The notes beneath the pieces were generated by a model. The model was not told where the DNA came from, did no database searches, and saw only the letters and a list, made by a program, of their open reading frames with translations. The position numbers and the translations under genes are program-made. From Dendrobates tinctorius (Eukaryota), in assembly GCF_039654945.1 (NCBI RefSeq), contig NW_027361924.1:10354001-10418000 (forward strand): 64,000 nucleotides of DNA, given 5' to 3'. Positions 35,839-50,405 of the stretch are shown piece after piece. Every line of letters begins with the position of its first letter. Position 1 is the stretch's first letter.

Positions 35839-37687
35839 TTCATATAAGAAGGGTGGAGAGTTTCTCCAGAGAAATTAACCCCTAGAATAGACCAAAAATG
35901 TTGAAGGTTCTCCCATATAGATCAGAAAACCTATAACGATTCAGGAGTGTTAGCCAAAGTGAGTATAAAAAAATATTCTTTATTGAACAACGGACAAGAC
36001 TAATTTTTCTTAACAAAATATAAAAAGGGAAAATATATGTAAAAAAAAAAAAAAAAAGCATAAATCACACAGGAAACCTCCAAAAATAAATACAGCCAAA
36101 TAATAAGGTATAAGAACCTTACAAAAGGTATGGCTCAAGAACATGGTGCCCAAATAGCGAAAATGTAAAAAGCTAGGTAGCCCAGCGTAGGAATAGAACC
36201 AAAGAGCAAGGAACCAATGGGATAAACTGGGTTTTGTAGCATTCACAGGAGCAAAACTAAACCCAGCAAATGCTGAGAGGGGACCAAAGGTGGAATAACA
36301 TTACCAAAGGTCACCATTCATAAGAAAAGAGGCAATAGATGCCCAAATAGAAAGGTCAACGTGCCCTGTGTAAAAACTGATGACCGCTGTATAGCTGGAA
36401 AAGATTGTAGAAATAGACCAATGTTGGTCTAAGAAGAGAGAAGGTAAAAAAAAACCCTGTGTGGCAGCCAGCAAGGCCCCTCTGATGTGCGTTTCGCCAA
36501 CAGCTTCCTCTGGGGGTCTCATCGCTCTCAGCATTTTCTGTGCTTTGTCCTTTTCACAGAAGGCTTTTCACCCCTGGTCTGTACGTTTATCATACACTGC
36601 ACTCCTCCGGGGTCAGGCTCCTGTGAATGCTGCACACCTAATTTAACCCATTAGTCCCTTTCTCTTTGATGCTATTTCACTACTAAGCTATCTCTCTTTT
36701 TGCATTTTCATTATTTGTGAGGTTCTTCCACCTTATTATTTGCCATTAGGAATATTTCTGATCACTTTATCTGTTGTATTTGTCCCACGATGTGTTTAGG
36801 ATGATGGGATGGATCCAGACCTTTGGATATTGACTATTGATTGTATTTTCAATCATTAGGATTATTTTTTTCTGCCACTCCGGAATCCTTTATTTATCCC
36901 ATTGTGGCCTTCATTATTTTACTCCACATGGAAACGTGCGTCACCCATGAATGTACACACCTGATGTTCTGCGGAACCTCAGCTCAGCTGCTGCAGAACC
37001 TCATAGTGACCAGAAGGAGAAGAGACCTTCATATTAAATCAGTAGCAAAGTAGATTAAGGAATACTTCTCTCCCATTCCCCAATTCTTTCTCCCCTGGCC
37101 GAAGGAGTTGTCAGAGGAGCGGTGGCAGTGAGGGACATTTATCAGGCGCCGGACACTGCAGGGCGCAGACCCAAATCCGGGACTGTCCGCTGTATCCGGG
37201 ACTGTTGGGACTAGAGATGAGCGGATGGATTCACAGGACTCCGGTACGGATCAGTGAGACCGGACAGTTGGACGGGAGGCCGGGAATCTCTAACCTTCCA
37301 GCGTCCCCGGTGGCTTTTGCTCATCTGTGCGTCCGGCTCATCTCTAGTTGGGACTTGGGGATTATTTTTTGTTCCTTCATTCACAGTCGGAGCCGTCAGA
37401 ACTTTCTCATCTGTCTGGAGAGTCACTATTCAGCGTCTGTAAGGCCGTGTTCACACGGTGCAGAAATACTGTGTTTTTTTGTTTTTGCAGGATCCGCACC
37501 AAACTACACAGTAACCATCTTCTCTGATTATTGCAGCATTTTTACGCCTTTCCCCCTAATTTGATGATTTTTTTGGTGCAGATAACTTTTTTTATAGTAC
37601 AGAAAAGCTTTGATTCTGAACTTAATAAAATATCTGCAGTTTTTTACATGTTTTATTTTAGACTTCACATAGAAGACAAGAGAAATA

Positions 37688-40600
37688 AGTTCAGTGGCCT
37701 CTTTAGACCACAGGGGGCGCAGTTCAGCGGTGTCTTTAGACCACAGGGGGCGCAGTTCAGCGGTGTCTTTAGACCACAGGGGGCGCAGTTTAGTGGCGTC
37801 TTAAGACCACAGGGGGCGCAGTTCAGTGGTGTCTTAAGACCACAGGGGGCGCAGCTCAGTTGCGTCTTTAGACCACAGGGGGCGCAGTTCAGTGGCGTCA
37901 TTACACCACAGGGGGCGCAGTTCAGCGTTGTCTTTAGACCACAGGGGGCGCAGCTCAGTGGTGTCTTTAGACCACAGGGGGCGCAGTTCAGTGGTCTCTT
38001 TAGACCACAGGGGGCGCAGTTCAGTGGTGTCTTTAGACCACAGGGGGCGCAGTTCAGTGGCGTCTTAAGACCACAGGGGGCGCAGTTCAGTGGCATCTTT
38101 TTACCACAGGGGGCGCAGTTCAGTGGTCTCTTTAGACCACAGGGGACGCAGTTCAGTGGTCTCTTTAGACTACAGGGGGCGCAGTGCAGTGGCGTCTTTA
38201 TACCACAGGGGGCGCAGTTCAGTGGTCTCTTTAGACTACAGGGGGCGCAGTTCAGTGGCGTCTTTATACTACAGGGGGCGCAGTTCAGTGGTCTCTTTAG
38301 ACTACAGGGGACGAAGTTCAGTGGTCTCTTTAGACCACAGGGGGCGCAGTTCAGTGGCGTCTTTAGACCACAGGGGGCGCAGTTCAGTGGTCTCTTTAGA
38401 CCACAGGGGGCGCAGTTCAGTGGTCTCTTTAGACCACAGGGGGAGCAGTTCAGTGGCGTCTTAAGACCACAGGGGGCGCAGTTCAGTGGCGTCTTTATAC
38501 CACAGGGGGCGCAGTTCAGTGGTCTCTTTAGACCACAGGGGACGCAGTTCAGTGGTCTCTTTAGACCACAGGAGGCGCAGTTCAGTGGCGTCTTTAGACC
38601 ACAGGGGGTGCAGTTCAGTGGCATCTTTAGACCACAGGGGGCGCAGTTCAGTGCCGTCTTTAGACCACAGGGGGCGCAGTTCAGTGGCCTCTTTAGACCA
38701 CAGGAGGCGCAGTTCAGTGGCGTCTTTAGACCACAGGGGGCGCAGTTCAGTGGCGTCTTTAGACCACAGGGGGCGCAGTTCAGTGGCGTCTTTAGACCAC
38801 AGGGGGCGCAGTTCAGTGGCATCTTTAGACCACAGGGGGCGCAGTTCAGTGGCCTCTTTAGACCACAGGAGGCGCAGTTCAGTGGCGTCTTTAGACCACA
38901 GGGGGCGCAGTTCAGTGGCGTCTTTAGACCACAGGGGGCGCAGTTCAGTGGCCTCTTTAGACCACAGGAGGCGCAGTTCAGTGGCGTCTTTAGACCACAG
39001 GGGGGCGCATTTCAGTGGCGTCTTTAGACCACAGGGGGCGCAGTTCAGTGGCGTCTTTAGACCACAGGGGGCGCAGTTCAGTGGCGTCTTTAGACCACAG
39101 GGGGCGCAGTTCAGTGGCATCTTTAGACCACAGGGGGCGCAGTTCAGTGCCGTCTTTAGACCACAGGGGGCGCAGTTCAGTGGCCTCTTTAGATCACAGG
39201 AGGCGCAGTTCAGTGGCGTCTTTAGACCACAGGGGGCGCAGTTCAGTGGCGTCTTTAGACCACAGGGGGCGCAGTTCAGTGGCCTCTTTAGACCACAGGA
39301 GGCGCAGTTCAGTGGCGTCTTTAGACCACAGGGGGTGCAGTTCAGTGCCGTCATTAAACCACAGGGGGCGCAGTTCAGTGGCATCTTTAGACCACAGGGG
39401 GCGCAGTTCAGTGCCGTCTTTAGACCACAGGGGTCGCAGTTCAGTGGCCTCTTTAGATCACAGGAGGCGTAGTTCAGTGGCGTCTTTAGACCACAGGGGG
39501 CGCAGTTCAGTGGCGTCTTTAGACCACAGGGGGCGCAGTTCAGTGGCCTCTTTAGACCACAGGGGGCGCAGTTCAGTGGCGTCTTTAGACCACAGGGGGA
39601 GCAGTTCAGTGGCGTCTTTAGACCACAGGAGGCGCGGTTCAGTGGCGTTTTTAGACCACAGGGGGCGCGGTTCAGTGGCCTCTTTAGACCACAGGGGGCG
39701 CAGTTCAGTGGCGTCTTTAGACCACAGGGGGCGCAGTTCAGTGGCCACTTTAAACCACAGGGGGCGCAGTATAGTGGCGTCTTTAGACCACAGGGGGCAC
39801 AGTTCAGTGGCCTCTTTAGACCACAGGGGGCGCAGTTCAGTGGCGTCTTTAGACCACAGGGGGCGCAGTTCAGTGGCCACTTTAAACCACAGGGGGCGCA
39901 GTTTAGTATCGTCTTTAGACCACAGGGGGCGCCTTTCAGTGGCGTCTTTAGACCACAGGGGGCGCAGTTCAGTGGTGTCATTACACCACAGGGGGCGCAG
40001 TTCAGCATTGTCTTTAGACCACAGGGGCGCAGTTCAGTGGCGTCTTTAGACCACAGGGGGCGCAGTTCAGTGGCATCTTTAGATCACAGGAGGTGCAGTT
40101 CAGTGGCGTCTTTAGACCACAGGGGGCGCAGTTCAGTGGCCTCTTTAGATCACAGTGGGCGCAGTTCAGTGACCTCTTTAGACCACAGGGGGCGCAGTTC
40201 AGTGGCGTCTTTAGACCACAGGAGGCGCTGTTCAGTGACCTCTTTAGACCACAGGGGGCGCAGTTCAGTGGCCTCTTTAGATCACAGGGGGCGCAGTTCA
40301 GTGGCGTCTTTAGACCACAGGGGGCGCAGTTCAGTGACCTCTTTGGACTACAGGGGGTGCAGTTCAGTGGCGTCTTTAGACCACAGGGGGCGCAGTTCTG
40401 TGGCGTCTTTAGACCACAGGGGGCGCAGTTCAGTGCCGTCTTTAGACCACAGGGGGCGCAGTTCAGTGACCTCTTTAGACCACAGGGGGCTCAGTTCAGT
40501 GGCCTCTTTGGACTACAGGGGGTGCAGTTCAGTGGCGTCTTTAGACCACAGGGGGCACAGTTCAGTGGCGTCTTTAGACCACAGGGGGCGCAGTTCTGTG

Positions 40601-40690
40601 GCGTCTTTAGACCACAGGGGGCGCAGTTCTGTGGCATCTTTAGACCACAGGGGGCGCAGTTCAGTGGCGTCTTTAGACCACAGGGGGCAC
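37688..40690. repeat. 33-bp minisatellite (about 90 copies)
   Basis: Unit tttagaccacagggggcgcagttcagtggcgtc. Confidence 0.97.
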
Positions 40691-43094
40691 AATTCTGGAA
40701 TGGAGAACCGAGGACTCCTCAGTGCAAATGTTTTACTTGAGGCCAAATTCCTTAGCAGATTTAGCTCTGAATGGTCAACGACATAAGTGGTCAAAGTGGG
40801 GGTAATTTTGCAATGGATGCTCAACCTGAGACCTTAATTTGGCAGGTGTGATATGATAAACTCATGGTCAGGTATGTACATATATAAAATGCCCCCAAAC
40901 TTCCTAATCCCCGCTGCATTAATAGGGGTTAATCTGTGATGACTGCCAAATACAAAGGCATGGTTTTTGAAAATAAATTTTGCCACATAGATATTTTCCT
41001 GGGTCACTGATTCGTCAAGCAAATAGACTTCTCCCCGCGATGAAAGGACCATTAGAACATTAGTGACTGCAGTTACTAACACTCCCTTCATCTCCGTCAT
41101 GGTGGTTTCATCTATTTCCAGGGTTTGTTACATGGAGATCTTTGACACTTTTGGCACATTTCTCCATGGACTACCCCTTAAACAGGTCAAAAGACACCGG
41201 CTGATACACTACACCAATCAGGTACCCAATTATCAGACATGGGCAGTTATCCCTCCCAGAAAGGTCCCAAGTTCACTTGTCCAATTTTTTCCCGTACAGA
41301 GTCAGATATGGAGCCCCTAATCTTCACCATCCTCTAGGACGATGATGAGCGTACGTCTCTGAACATTCAGGGAACGGACGTCGGGGCCCTCGCTGATCCC
41401 ATGAATGGCAGTCAGTAGGTCACTGAAATGAAAGTCAGTTTTACATAAGGTCATAAAGCATTTTCAGAGCTCGGATCTCATTGATCGTCTCCAGAAACTA
41501 AACAACAATATCACCGTGATGACGGTATTTTATTAGAAGTCAAGTACACAAGAAAGTAACAGTCCACTAATACAAGAGAAATACTGATCCAGTAAAATCA
41601 GGATCCCACCCATTGTAATACACACAAAATATAAAGGCAATAATGCAAATTTTAATCCATCATCAGACATATTCGGACTTACTGGACATAACATTGTTAA
41701 ATACTCTGTTTTTTATTGTGTTGGTTTTTACACTTATGGCAAAATATATATATATTTTTAATATTCAAATTTGTGTTTTAACAATTTCTTGAATAGTCCA
41801 GGTTAGGACTAAAGAATTTTACATGAAGAATGTTGTCAGTTTAAGAAGATCATTCACCAAACTTTTTCCCCCTACACCCCACAAGCCCATCCATTCTGGC
41901 CCACCAGCCCCAAGGGGGCACACCAAGGAGGCCAAGGTCTTAAAGGCTATTTAGCTGTAGTCATGATGTCACCTCGGAAGCCTACAACAAAGATGTGGAG
42001 AAGCAGCGGAGAAGCAGGAATGTGGTAGGGGATGAGCGATACGGACTATTATATTTACAAAAACAACGCCTGTGAATTTAAAAACAATAAAATTTAGCTG
42101 ATGACGAGACCTGAGTGGTCTCTAAATCTGCAATATGTTTCCATCTTTTCGGTTAGCCATTAAATGCCTCTCTCTGCATATATCGGGCTGCGCTCGGATG
42201 ACATCTGAGTGCAGTCCGATGTTTCCCACCCACTTATAGACTTGTATGGGTGCGTGTGCGCCGAGTCTCGCTGCCAATCACAGCATGCTGCAGAATCGGC
42301 ATGAGAAAACATTGCAGTTCTGCACTACCCCAAAGTATAACAGTGGTCCGAGTGCAATCCGATACAATATCAGATAGCACTCGGCCGTGTTATATGCCTG
42401 TGTGACCGCGGCCTACGAGGAGCCTTATACCTCCATTTATGATGAAGGAATCTATATCAATCTTATAGTGAGTTTTAATGAAACAACAATTCTGAAGACA
42501 CTTCCCTGGAACCTGATAAGAAAATAATGGATGAAATCCTTTTATGTAAGGAGGTGGCGGAGACCCCCATCTGCCTCCTCTCTCCTTCCCTACAGTATGT
42601 TAATGTATTGCTGTGATAACCAATGTAAAGTGCATGTAGAGTAGGGATAGCAAAGAGTTAATTTAGTGGCTGGCTCAGCAGGCTTCCCTGTCTGCAGAGC
42701 AAAGCCTGGGCAGGCCTGCCTGTGGCAGGACGTGCTCCCCACTGGGAGCATACCGTACCCCTGGAGGGGACAGGGCTGCCAGTGGACTATCAGGCAGCAG
42801 GCACAAGGACTGTGTGCAGGCCCGGATTGGCAATATAACCAACCGGGCATTTTCCCGCTGGGCCGCTGTCGTGTGGGCCGCGGGCGGCAGCTCCCATCAT
42901 CTGGCCGCTTGCCAGCTGCTGCGGCCACTGTTGCTCCTGCCGCCGGCCCTCTGCAGCATGGCGGTGATAGTTTCAAGTTCCTCCCGCACTGCAGGGAGAT
43001 AAGCCGCGCACCCCATCCTCGCCTTAGCATGATGAGACCCCCTCCCCCCGCAGCCACTCAGTGTCGCACTCGCTTTGCCTGCTCTCTCTATTCG

Positions 43095-43217
43095 CAGGAC
43101 CTGTGATGAGGTCACAGGAGGGGAGGAGTCAGGGGTCACATGATCAGGAGCCTTTGTCCAGACCCCTGACATGTCACCCCTGACTCCGCCCCTCCTGTGA
43201 CCTCATCACAGGTCCTG
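43095..43217. repeat. Inverted repeat (about 53-bp arms), probably DNA-transposon internal sequence
   Basis: caggacctgtgatgaggtcacaggagggg... pairs with ...cccctcctgtgacctcatcacaggtcctg. Confidence 0.8.
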
Positions 43218-43319
43218 TGCGCTCAGCCTTGCCTCTTGGTGTCTGCTGCTTTGCTGTTGTCATGGTGCTGGTTGAGGTAAGTATGTGTGGGGTCAGGATT
43301 TACAGTGTGGATGTAGCAG

Positions 43320-44630
43320 AGCTGTGTGTGTATGAGATGTACGGAGCGGAGCCGTGTGTGTACAAGGTGTACGGAGAGAAGCCGGATGTGTATGAGGTGT
43401 ACGGAGCGGAGCCGCGTGTGTACGAGGTGTACGGAGCGGAGCCGCGTGTACGAGGTGTACGGAGCGGAGCCGCGTGTATGAGATGTACGGAGCGGAGCCG
43501 TGTGTGTACGAGGTGTACGGAGAGAAGCCGGATGTGTATGAGGTGTACGGAGCGGAGCCGTGTGTGTACGAGGTGTACGGAGCGGGGCCGTGTGTGTACG
43601 AGGTGTACGGAGCGGAGCCGTGTGTGTACGAGGTGTACGGAGCGGAGACGCGTGAGTACGAGGTGTACGGAGCGGAGCCGCGTGTATGAGATGTACGGAG
43701 CGGAGCCGTGTGTACGAGGTGTACGGAGAGAAGCCGGATGTGTATGAGGTGTACGGAGCGGAGCCGTGTGTGTACGAGGTGTACGGAGAGAAGCCGGATG
43801 TGTATGAGGTGTACGGAGCGGAGCCGTGTGTGTACGAGGTGTACGGAGAGAAGCCGGATGTGTATGAGGTGTACGGAGCGGAGCCGTGTGTGTACGAGGT
43901 GTACGGAGTGGAGACGCGTGAGTACGAGGTGTACGGAGCGGAGCCAGGTGTACGGAGCGGAGCCGCATGTATGAGATGTACGGAGCGGAGCCATGTGTGT
44001 ACGAGGTGTATGGAGAGAAGCCGGATGTGTATGAGGTGTACGGAGCGGAGCCGTGTGTGTACGAGGTGTACGGAGCGGAGACGCGTGAGTACGAGGTGTA
44101 CGGAGCGGAGCCGCGTGTACGAGGTGCACGGAGCGGAGCCGCGTGTATGAGGTGTACGGAGCGGAGCCGTGTGTGTACGAGGTGTACGGAGCGGAGCCGC
44201 GTGTACGAGGTGTACGGAGCGGAGCCGCGTGTACGAGGTGTACGGAGCGGAGCCGCGTGTACGAGGTGTACGGAGCGGAGCCGCGTGTACGAGGTGTACG
44301 GAGAGGAGCCGCGCGTGTACGAGGTGGACGGAGCGGAGCCGCGCGTGTACGAGGTGGACGGAGCGGAGCCGTGTGTGTACGAGGTGTACGGAGCGGAGCC
44401 GCATGTACGAGGTGTACGGAGCGGAGCCGCGTGTATGAGGTGTACGGAGAGGAGCCACGCGTGTACGGAGCGGAGCCGCGCGTGTACGAGGTGGACGGAG
44501 CGGAGCCGCGCGTGGACGGAGCGGAGCCGCGCGTGTACGAGGTGGATGGAGCGGAGCCGCGCGTGTACGAGGTGTACGGAGTGGAGCCATATGTGTACGG
44601 GATGTACGGAGTGGAGCCAAGTGTGTACAA
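43320..44630. repeat. 28-30-bp CpG-rich minisatellite
   Basis: Unit gtgtacgaggtgtacggagcggagcc(gt)n. Confidence 0.95.
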
Positions 44631-45054
44631 AGCATACAAAGTAGGCTTTTCCCACGGACACAGGAGTACACGGCGGAGCCCCGAGGAGCATTTTAAAACA
44701 CACACATGATGTTCCACCTGAAGTGATGTGCTGGAAGCTGACCGGAAATGAGATAATTTCTTGAGGAGATTGTGACGGAACTAGGAATGCTTCAGATCCA
44801 TCACTGTGTCCTCCTCCGACAGCGCAGACAGCAGGATCACCTTGGAATCGGGGATGCCGGCCATGTAAGCGGATCATGATAGGTCCTGCACCGGGAGGCT
44901 CAGGTGGGCACTACAATGGGAGCCGGGCTGCTATAGTATCTTTATAGAATCTTTCTTTATTTCTTTCTCTCTTTTTCTTTCTTTCTCTGTTCTTTCTCAT
45001 TCTCTGTTCTGTCTTTCCCTCATTTTCTTTCTCTCTCTGTTCTTTCTCTCTCTG

Positions 45055-45185
45055 NNNNNNNNNNNNNNNNNNNNNNNNNNNNNNNNNNNNNNNNNNNNNN
45101 NNNNNNNNNNNNNNNNNNNNNNNNNNNNNNNNNNNNNNNNNNNNNNNNNNNNNNNNNNNNNNNNNNNNNNNNNNNNNNNNNNNNN
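45055..45185. other. Assembly gap (131 N) within a CT-rich low-complexity tract (about 44950-45348)
   Basis: Run of N. Confidence 0.99.
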
Positions 45186-47587
45186 TTATTTCTCTCTCTG
45201 TTCTTTCTCTGTCTCTCTCTGTTCTTTCTTTCCCCTCTTTCTTTCTCTCTCTGTTCTTTCTCTGTCTCTCACTGTTCTTTCTTTCTTTCCTCTTTCTTTC
45301 TCTCTCTCTGTTTTCTTTTTTCTCTCTCTCTCTGTTTTCTCTCTTCCTTAGTGCCAGCCACTGTGCCCTCAGTACCAGTCAGTGTGATCAGCAGTGCTAA
45401 ATGGGTGCGATTAGGTGTGGACATGGGTGTGACTAGTTGTGAAATGGGTGTGGCCGGGCGTGGCCAAAATTTGCAGCAGCGCGCCGCAGTCTTTGTCCAT
45501 TTTTCCCTTCTTCAAAAGTTGGGAGGTATGATAGGGGCGGCTATGACCAGGGGGTCTGGTTGCCCAATGGATAGAGATTTGGGAGGAGTACTGCAACTAA
45601 AAGCAATAAATAGGACTGAGCTGAAATACTGGGCACAGCTGTGACTACATGTTATATAGTCGTGTTAATCTCTCACTTCTTGTAACCTACAAGTGCACAA
45701 AGATATTATATAGTCACCATGTGACTAGTGGGCCTGTGTAACTTCAAATGCCAGGGCTGAATTTTAGTCCCAGTCCGGCCCTGACTGTGTGTGTGCCCCA
45801 CAAGAGACTTTTTGCTCCTGGAAGCTGACTGGGAGTCACTGCCTCTGCTGCAGCCGTTGCTGTGACTAAGGACAGATCAGGAATTGTTGCCTTCTTCTAT
45901 ACTACATCTTCATTTAACAAGTTGCCACTGTTGGGTCCTAAAGAGTGTGATGTGTGGTGCATCCATTCCAGCATGGAGAGGAGCTGTATGTCGGAGGTAA
46001 CCCACTGAGACCAGAACTGTTTATTCATGTGCAAGGGGCCGGGGTGTGGGCTGACTGTGCCTCAGTGGATTCATCCATGACTACCACCCTGTGCCACCTT
46101 GTTACAAATACACCGATGTCTCATCTTATGCAAAATATGCACTCGATAACCAGACAGCAGAGGAAGTGTAGTTATGTATACTTTATTCTTTATGCTTCTT
46201 TATTCCTATATATATATCCTTTTGTGTGTAATGTATAACCTCAAAAATAATTTGACAGAGAAGAGCAAGCACTTACTTAGGACTATGGACTCATTCAGCT
46301 CTCCCTCTCCTCCCACAGATCAGCCTCCACCACAGCTCACCCACATCTCCTGCTTTCCCCCCCTCGACTATCAGAATCAGTGGAGTGGTCAGTACTCTGC
46401 CTTCTCAAACACTGCTGCCCCAGCAGAGAGCAGCGGTTGTGATGAGTTTGTTGCCTCCTGCACAGGGAAGGGCAGAGATGAAAAATCTCATTACACTGAC
46501 GGCTTTATCATCTCAGCTTCTGTCTATGCAGAGAGCAGCAACCAGACGTCAAACTCCTCACAACTGCTGCTCTCTGTGATTGAGAAGGAAGAGCCCTTAC
46601 TGACTGCTCCACTGATTCTGCTCCCACAGCTCCTCAGTTTCCCAGCTCTCCATCCATGGCTCCCCCACTCCTTTATGTCCTCCCACCACTCCCTAGCTCC
46701 AGGCCTCTTCTCTCACTTCTCCTGGAGAGCTTTCTCAAGATTACAAAAGTGACTATTATTTTTTTTTTTTATAAATCCCAACTAGTGATGAGTGAGCTCG
46801 CCACTGCTCCAATTCTCTATTGAGTGTCGGGGTGCTCGGGTTCGCTCGTTACTTGATCGAGTATCGCTGGTGCTTGAGTGCCATGCTCGAGTCCTCACCC
46901 TGCATGTTTCGTAGCTGTTAGGGTATGTTCCCACTGTCAGTGTTTGTTCAGGCTTTCACGCAGCTGAAATTCTGCATGAATGCCAAACCTCGGCTCACTT
47001 GCATTTTTGTATGCGTTTTTGCCACATATGTTTTTGTCTGTTTTGTATGTTAGATTAGATGTACAAAGATATAGATAGTCAGCGGCGGGTTAGTAGTGGG
47101 GGTGTCTGATAGACACCTCTCCATTACTAACAGGGTCGGACTGGGGTGTCTAGGGCCCACCAAGGGAATTAATTTTAGGGGCCCACCTACAGTAAAGTAC
47201 AACTCAACATTTAGGCTTTGAGACCGCGGAATTACACCATGGGTATTTTTAGAGACTGCTTCTTCTGATTTTTCTTCAGAAACATAGGGTTGTTTAGAAG
47301 ACATTGCTCTATAAATAAAATAATATATTACATTTTATCTGCTGACTAGTGATGAGCGATTATTTCCAATTATGAGAATAATGGGAAATAATCGGCTGGT
47401 CTTTTTTAACTGGTATTTGAGGGTCTAACGTAAAATATCGGAATTCCGATTTCCCATATCAATAGAAGTCTACGGGGAGAAATATCGGCATTTTTAAAAA
47501 TGCCAATCCCCACTGTGTAATATAACCAGCGGGAAATCATCCCACTGGTTACATTGTCTAATAATCATTATATTTTATATATATTTT

Positions 47588-50405
47588 GAACGGAGGTTAC
47601 TACATCGACATGATACCAGAACGGAGCTTACTACATCGACATGATACCAGAACGGAGCTTACTACATGGACATGATACCAGAAAGGAGCTTACTACATCG
47701 ACATGATACCAGAACGGAGCTTACTACATGGACATGATACCAGAAAGGAGCTTACTACATTGATACCAGAACGGAGCTTACTACATCGACATGATACCAG
47801 AACGGAGCTTACTACATGGACATGATACCAGAAAGGAGCTTACTACATCGACATGATACCAGAACGGAGCTTACTACATTGACATGATACCAGAACGGAG
47901 CTTACTACATGGACATGATACCAGAAAGGAGCTTACTACATCGACATGATACCAGAACGGAGCTTACTACATCGACATGATACCAGAACGGAGCTTACTA
48001 CATCGACATGATACCAGAACGGAGGTTACTACATCGACATGATACCAGAACGGAGCTTACTACATCGACATGATACCAGAACGGAGCTTACTACATCGAC
48101 ATGATACCAGAACGGAGCTTACTACATCGACATGATACCAGAACGGAGCTTACTACATGGACATGATACCAGAAAGGAGCTTACTACATCGACATGATAC
48201 CAGAACGGAGCTTACTACATCGGCATGATACCAGAACGGAGCTTACTACATCGACATGATACCAGAACGGAGCTTACTACATCGACATGATACCAGAACG
48301 GAGCTTACTACATCGACATGATACCAGAAAGGAGCTTACTACATCGACATGATACCAGAACGGAGCTTACTACATCGACATGATACCAGAACGGAGCTTA
48401 CTACATCGACATGATACCAGAACGGAGGTTACTACATCGACATGATACCAGAACGGAGGTTACTACATCGACATGATACCAGAACGGAGCTTACTACATC
48501 GACATGATACCAGAACGGAGCTTACTACATCGACATGATACCAGAACGGAGCTTACTACATCGACATGATACCAGAACGGAGCTTACTACATCGACATGA
48601 TACCAGAACGGAGCTTACTACATGGACATGATACCAGAAAGGAGCTTACTACATCGACATGATACCAGAACGGAGCTTACTACATCGGCATGATACCAGA
48701 ACGGAGCTTACTACATCGACATGATACCAGAACGGAGCTTACTACATCGACATGATACCAGAACGGAGCTTACTACATCGACATGATACCAGAAAGGAGC
48801 TTACTACATCGACATGATACCAGAACGGAGCTTACTACATCGACATGATACCAGAACGGAGCTTACTACATCGACATGATACCAGAACGGAGCTTACTAC
48901 ATCGACATGATACCAGAACGGAGCTTACTACATCGACATGATACCAGAACGGAGCTTACTACATCGACATGATACCAGAACGGAGCTTACTACATCGACA
49001 TGATACCAGAACGGAGCTTTCTACATCGACATGATACCAGAACGGAGCTTACTACATCGACATGATACCAGAACGGAGCTTACTACATCGACATGATACC
49101 AGAACGGAGCTTACTACATCGACATGATACCAGAACGGAGCTTACTACATCGACATGATACCAGAACGGAGCTTACTACATCGACATGATACCAGAACGG
49201 AGCTTACTACATCGACATGATACCAGAACGGAGCTTACTACATCGACATGATACCAGAAAGGAGCTTACTACATCGACATGATACCAGAACGGAGCTTAC
49301 TACATCGACATGATACCAGAACGGAGCTTACTACATCGACATGATACCAGAACGGAGCTTACTACATCGACATGATACCAGAACGGAGCTTTCTACATCG
49401 ACATGATACCAGAACGGAGCTTACTACATCGACATGATACCAGAACGGAGCTTACTACATCGACATGATACCAGAACGGAGCTTTCTACATCGACATGAT
49501 ACCAGAACGGAGCTTACTACATCGACATGATACCAGAATGGAGCTTACTACATCGACATGATACCAGAACGGAGCTTACTACATCGACATGATACCAGAA
49601 CGGAGCTTACTACATCGACATGATACCAGAACGGAGCTTTCTACATCGACATGATACCAGAACGGAGCTTACTACATCGACATGATACCAGAACGGAGCT
49701 TACTACATCGACATGATACCAGAACGGAGCTTACTACATCGACATGATACCAGAACGGAGCTTACTACATCGACATGATACCAGAACGGAGCTTACTACA
49801 TCGACATGATACCAGAACGGAGCTTACTACATCGACATGATACCAGAACGGAGCTTACTACATCGACATGATACCAGAACGGAGCTTACTACATCGACAT
49901 GATACCAGAACGGAGCTTACTACATCGACATGATACCAGAACGGAGCTTACTACATCGACATGATACCAGAACGGAGCTTACTACATCGACATGATACCA
50001 GAACGGAGGTTACTACATCAACATGATACCAGAACGGAGCTTACTACATCGACATGATACCAGAACGGAGCTTACTACATCGACATGATACCAGAACGGA
50101 GCTTACTACATAGATACGATACTTACTACTTACACGCAGAATGTAACTATGGCTTCTCACCTGTAAATTTGATGCTGAAATAAAAATGTACATATCACAC
50201 TTTCTGAACATAACTGTGGCTTCTTCCCTGTGTGAATTCCCTGATGTACATTTGATTTCTTTGGATTTGATTTGACAGAAACAAATTGTGAGCGAATAAT
50301 TCATTGATTTTGAATGGAGCTTACTACATAGACATGATACCAGAACGGAGCTTACTACATCGACATGATACCAGAACGGAGCTTACTACATCGACATGAT
50401 ACCAG
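47588..50405. repeat. 31-bp highly homogeneous minisatellite (about 80 copies to 50110, plus 3 more at 50312-50405)
   Basis: Unit gacatgataccagaacggagcttactacatc. Confidence 0.97.

Noticed and set aside
35799-35843. 15-aa N-terminal extension of TRIM A (MKELFHFH…)
   Set aside because: The homologous ATG in TRIM B is out of frame, and MASA is the family-typical start with a strong Kozak context. Minor use cannot be excluded.
37531-40786. Long repetitive ORFs (FRPQGAQFSG, LNCAPCGLKTP) as proteins
   Set aside because: The 33-bp unit is a multiple of 3 and stop-free in several frames on both strands. Frameshifts occur at about 39001 and 40025, and there is no unique domain.
43217-44877. Multiple long ORFs on both strands
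   Set aside because: By-products of a 28-30-bp minisatellite.
23085-50405. 29-41-bp arrays as CRISPR arrays
   Set aside because: The units are contiguous with no unique spacers, there are no cas genes, and the context is vertebrate.
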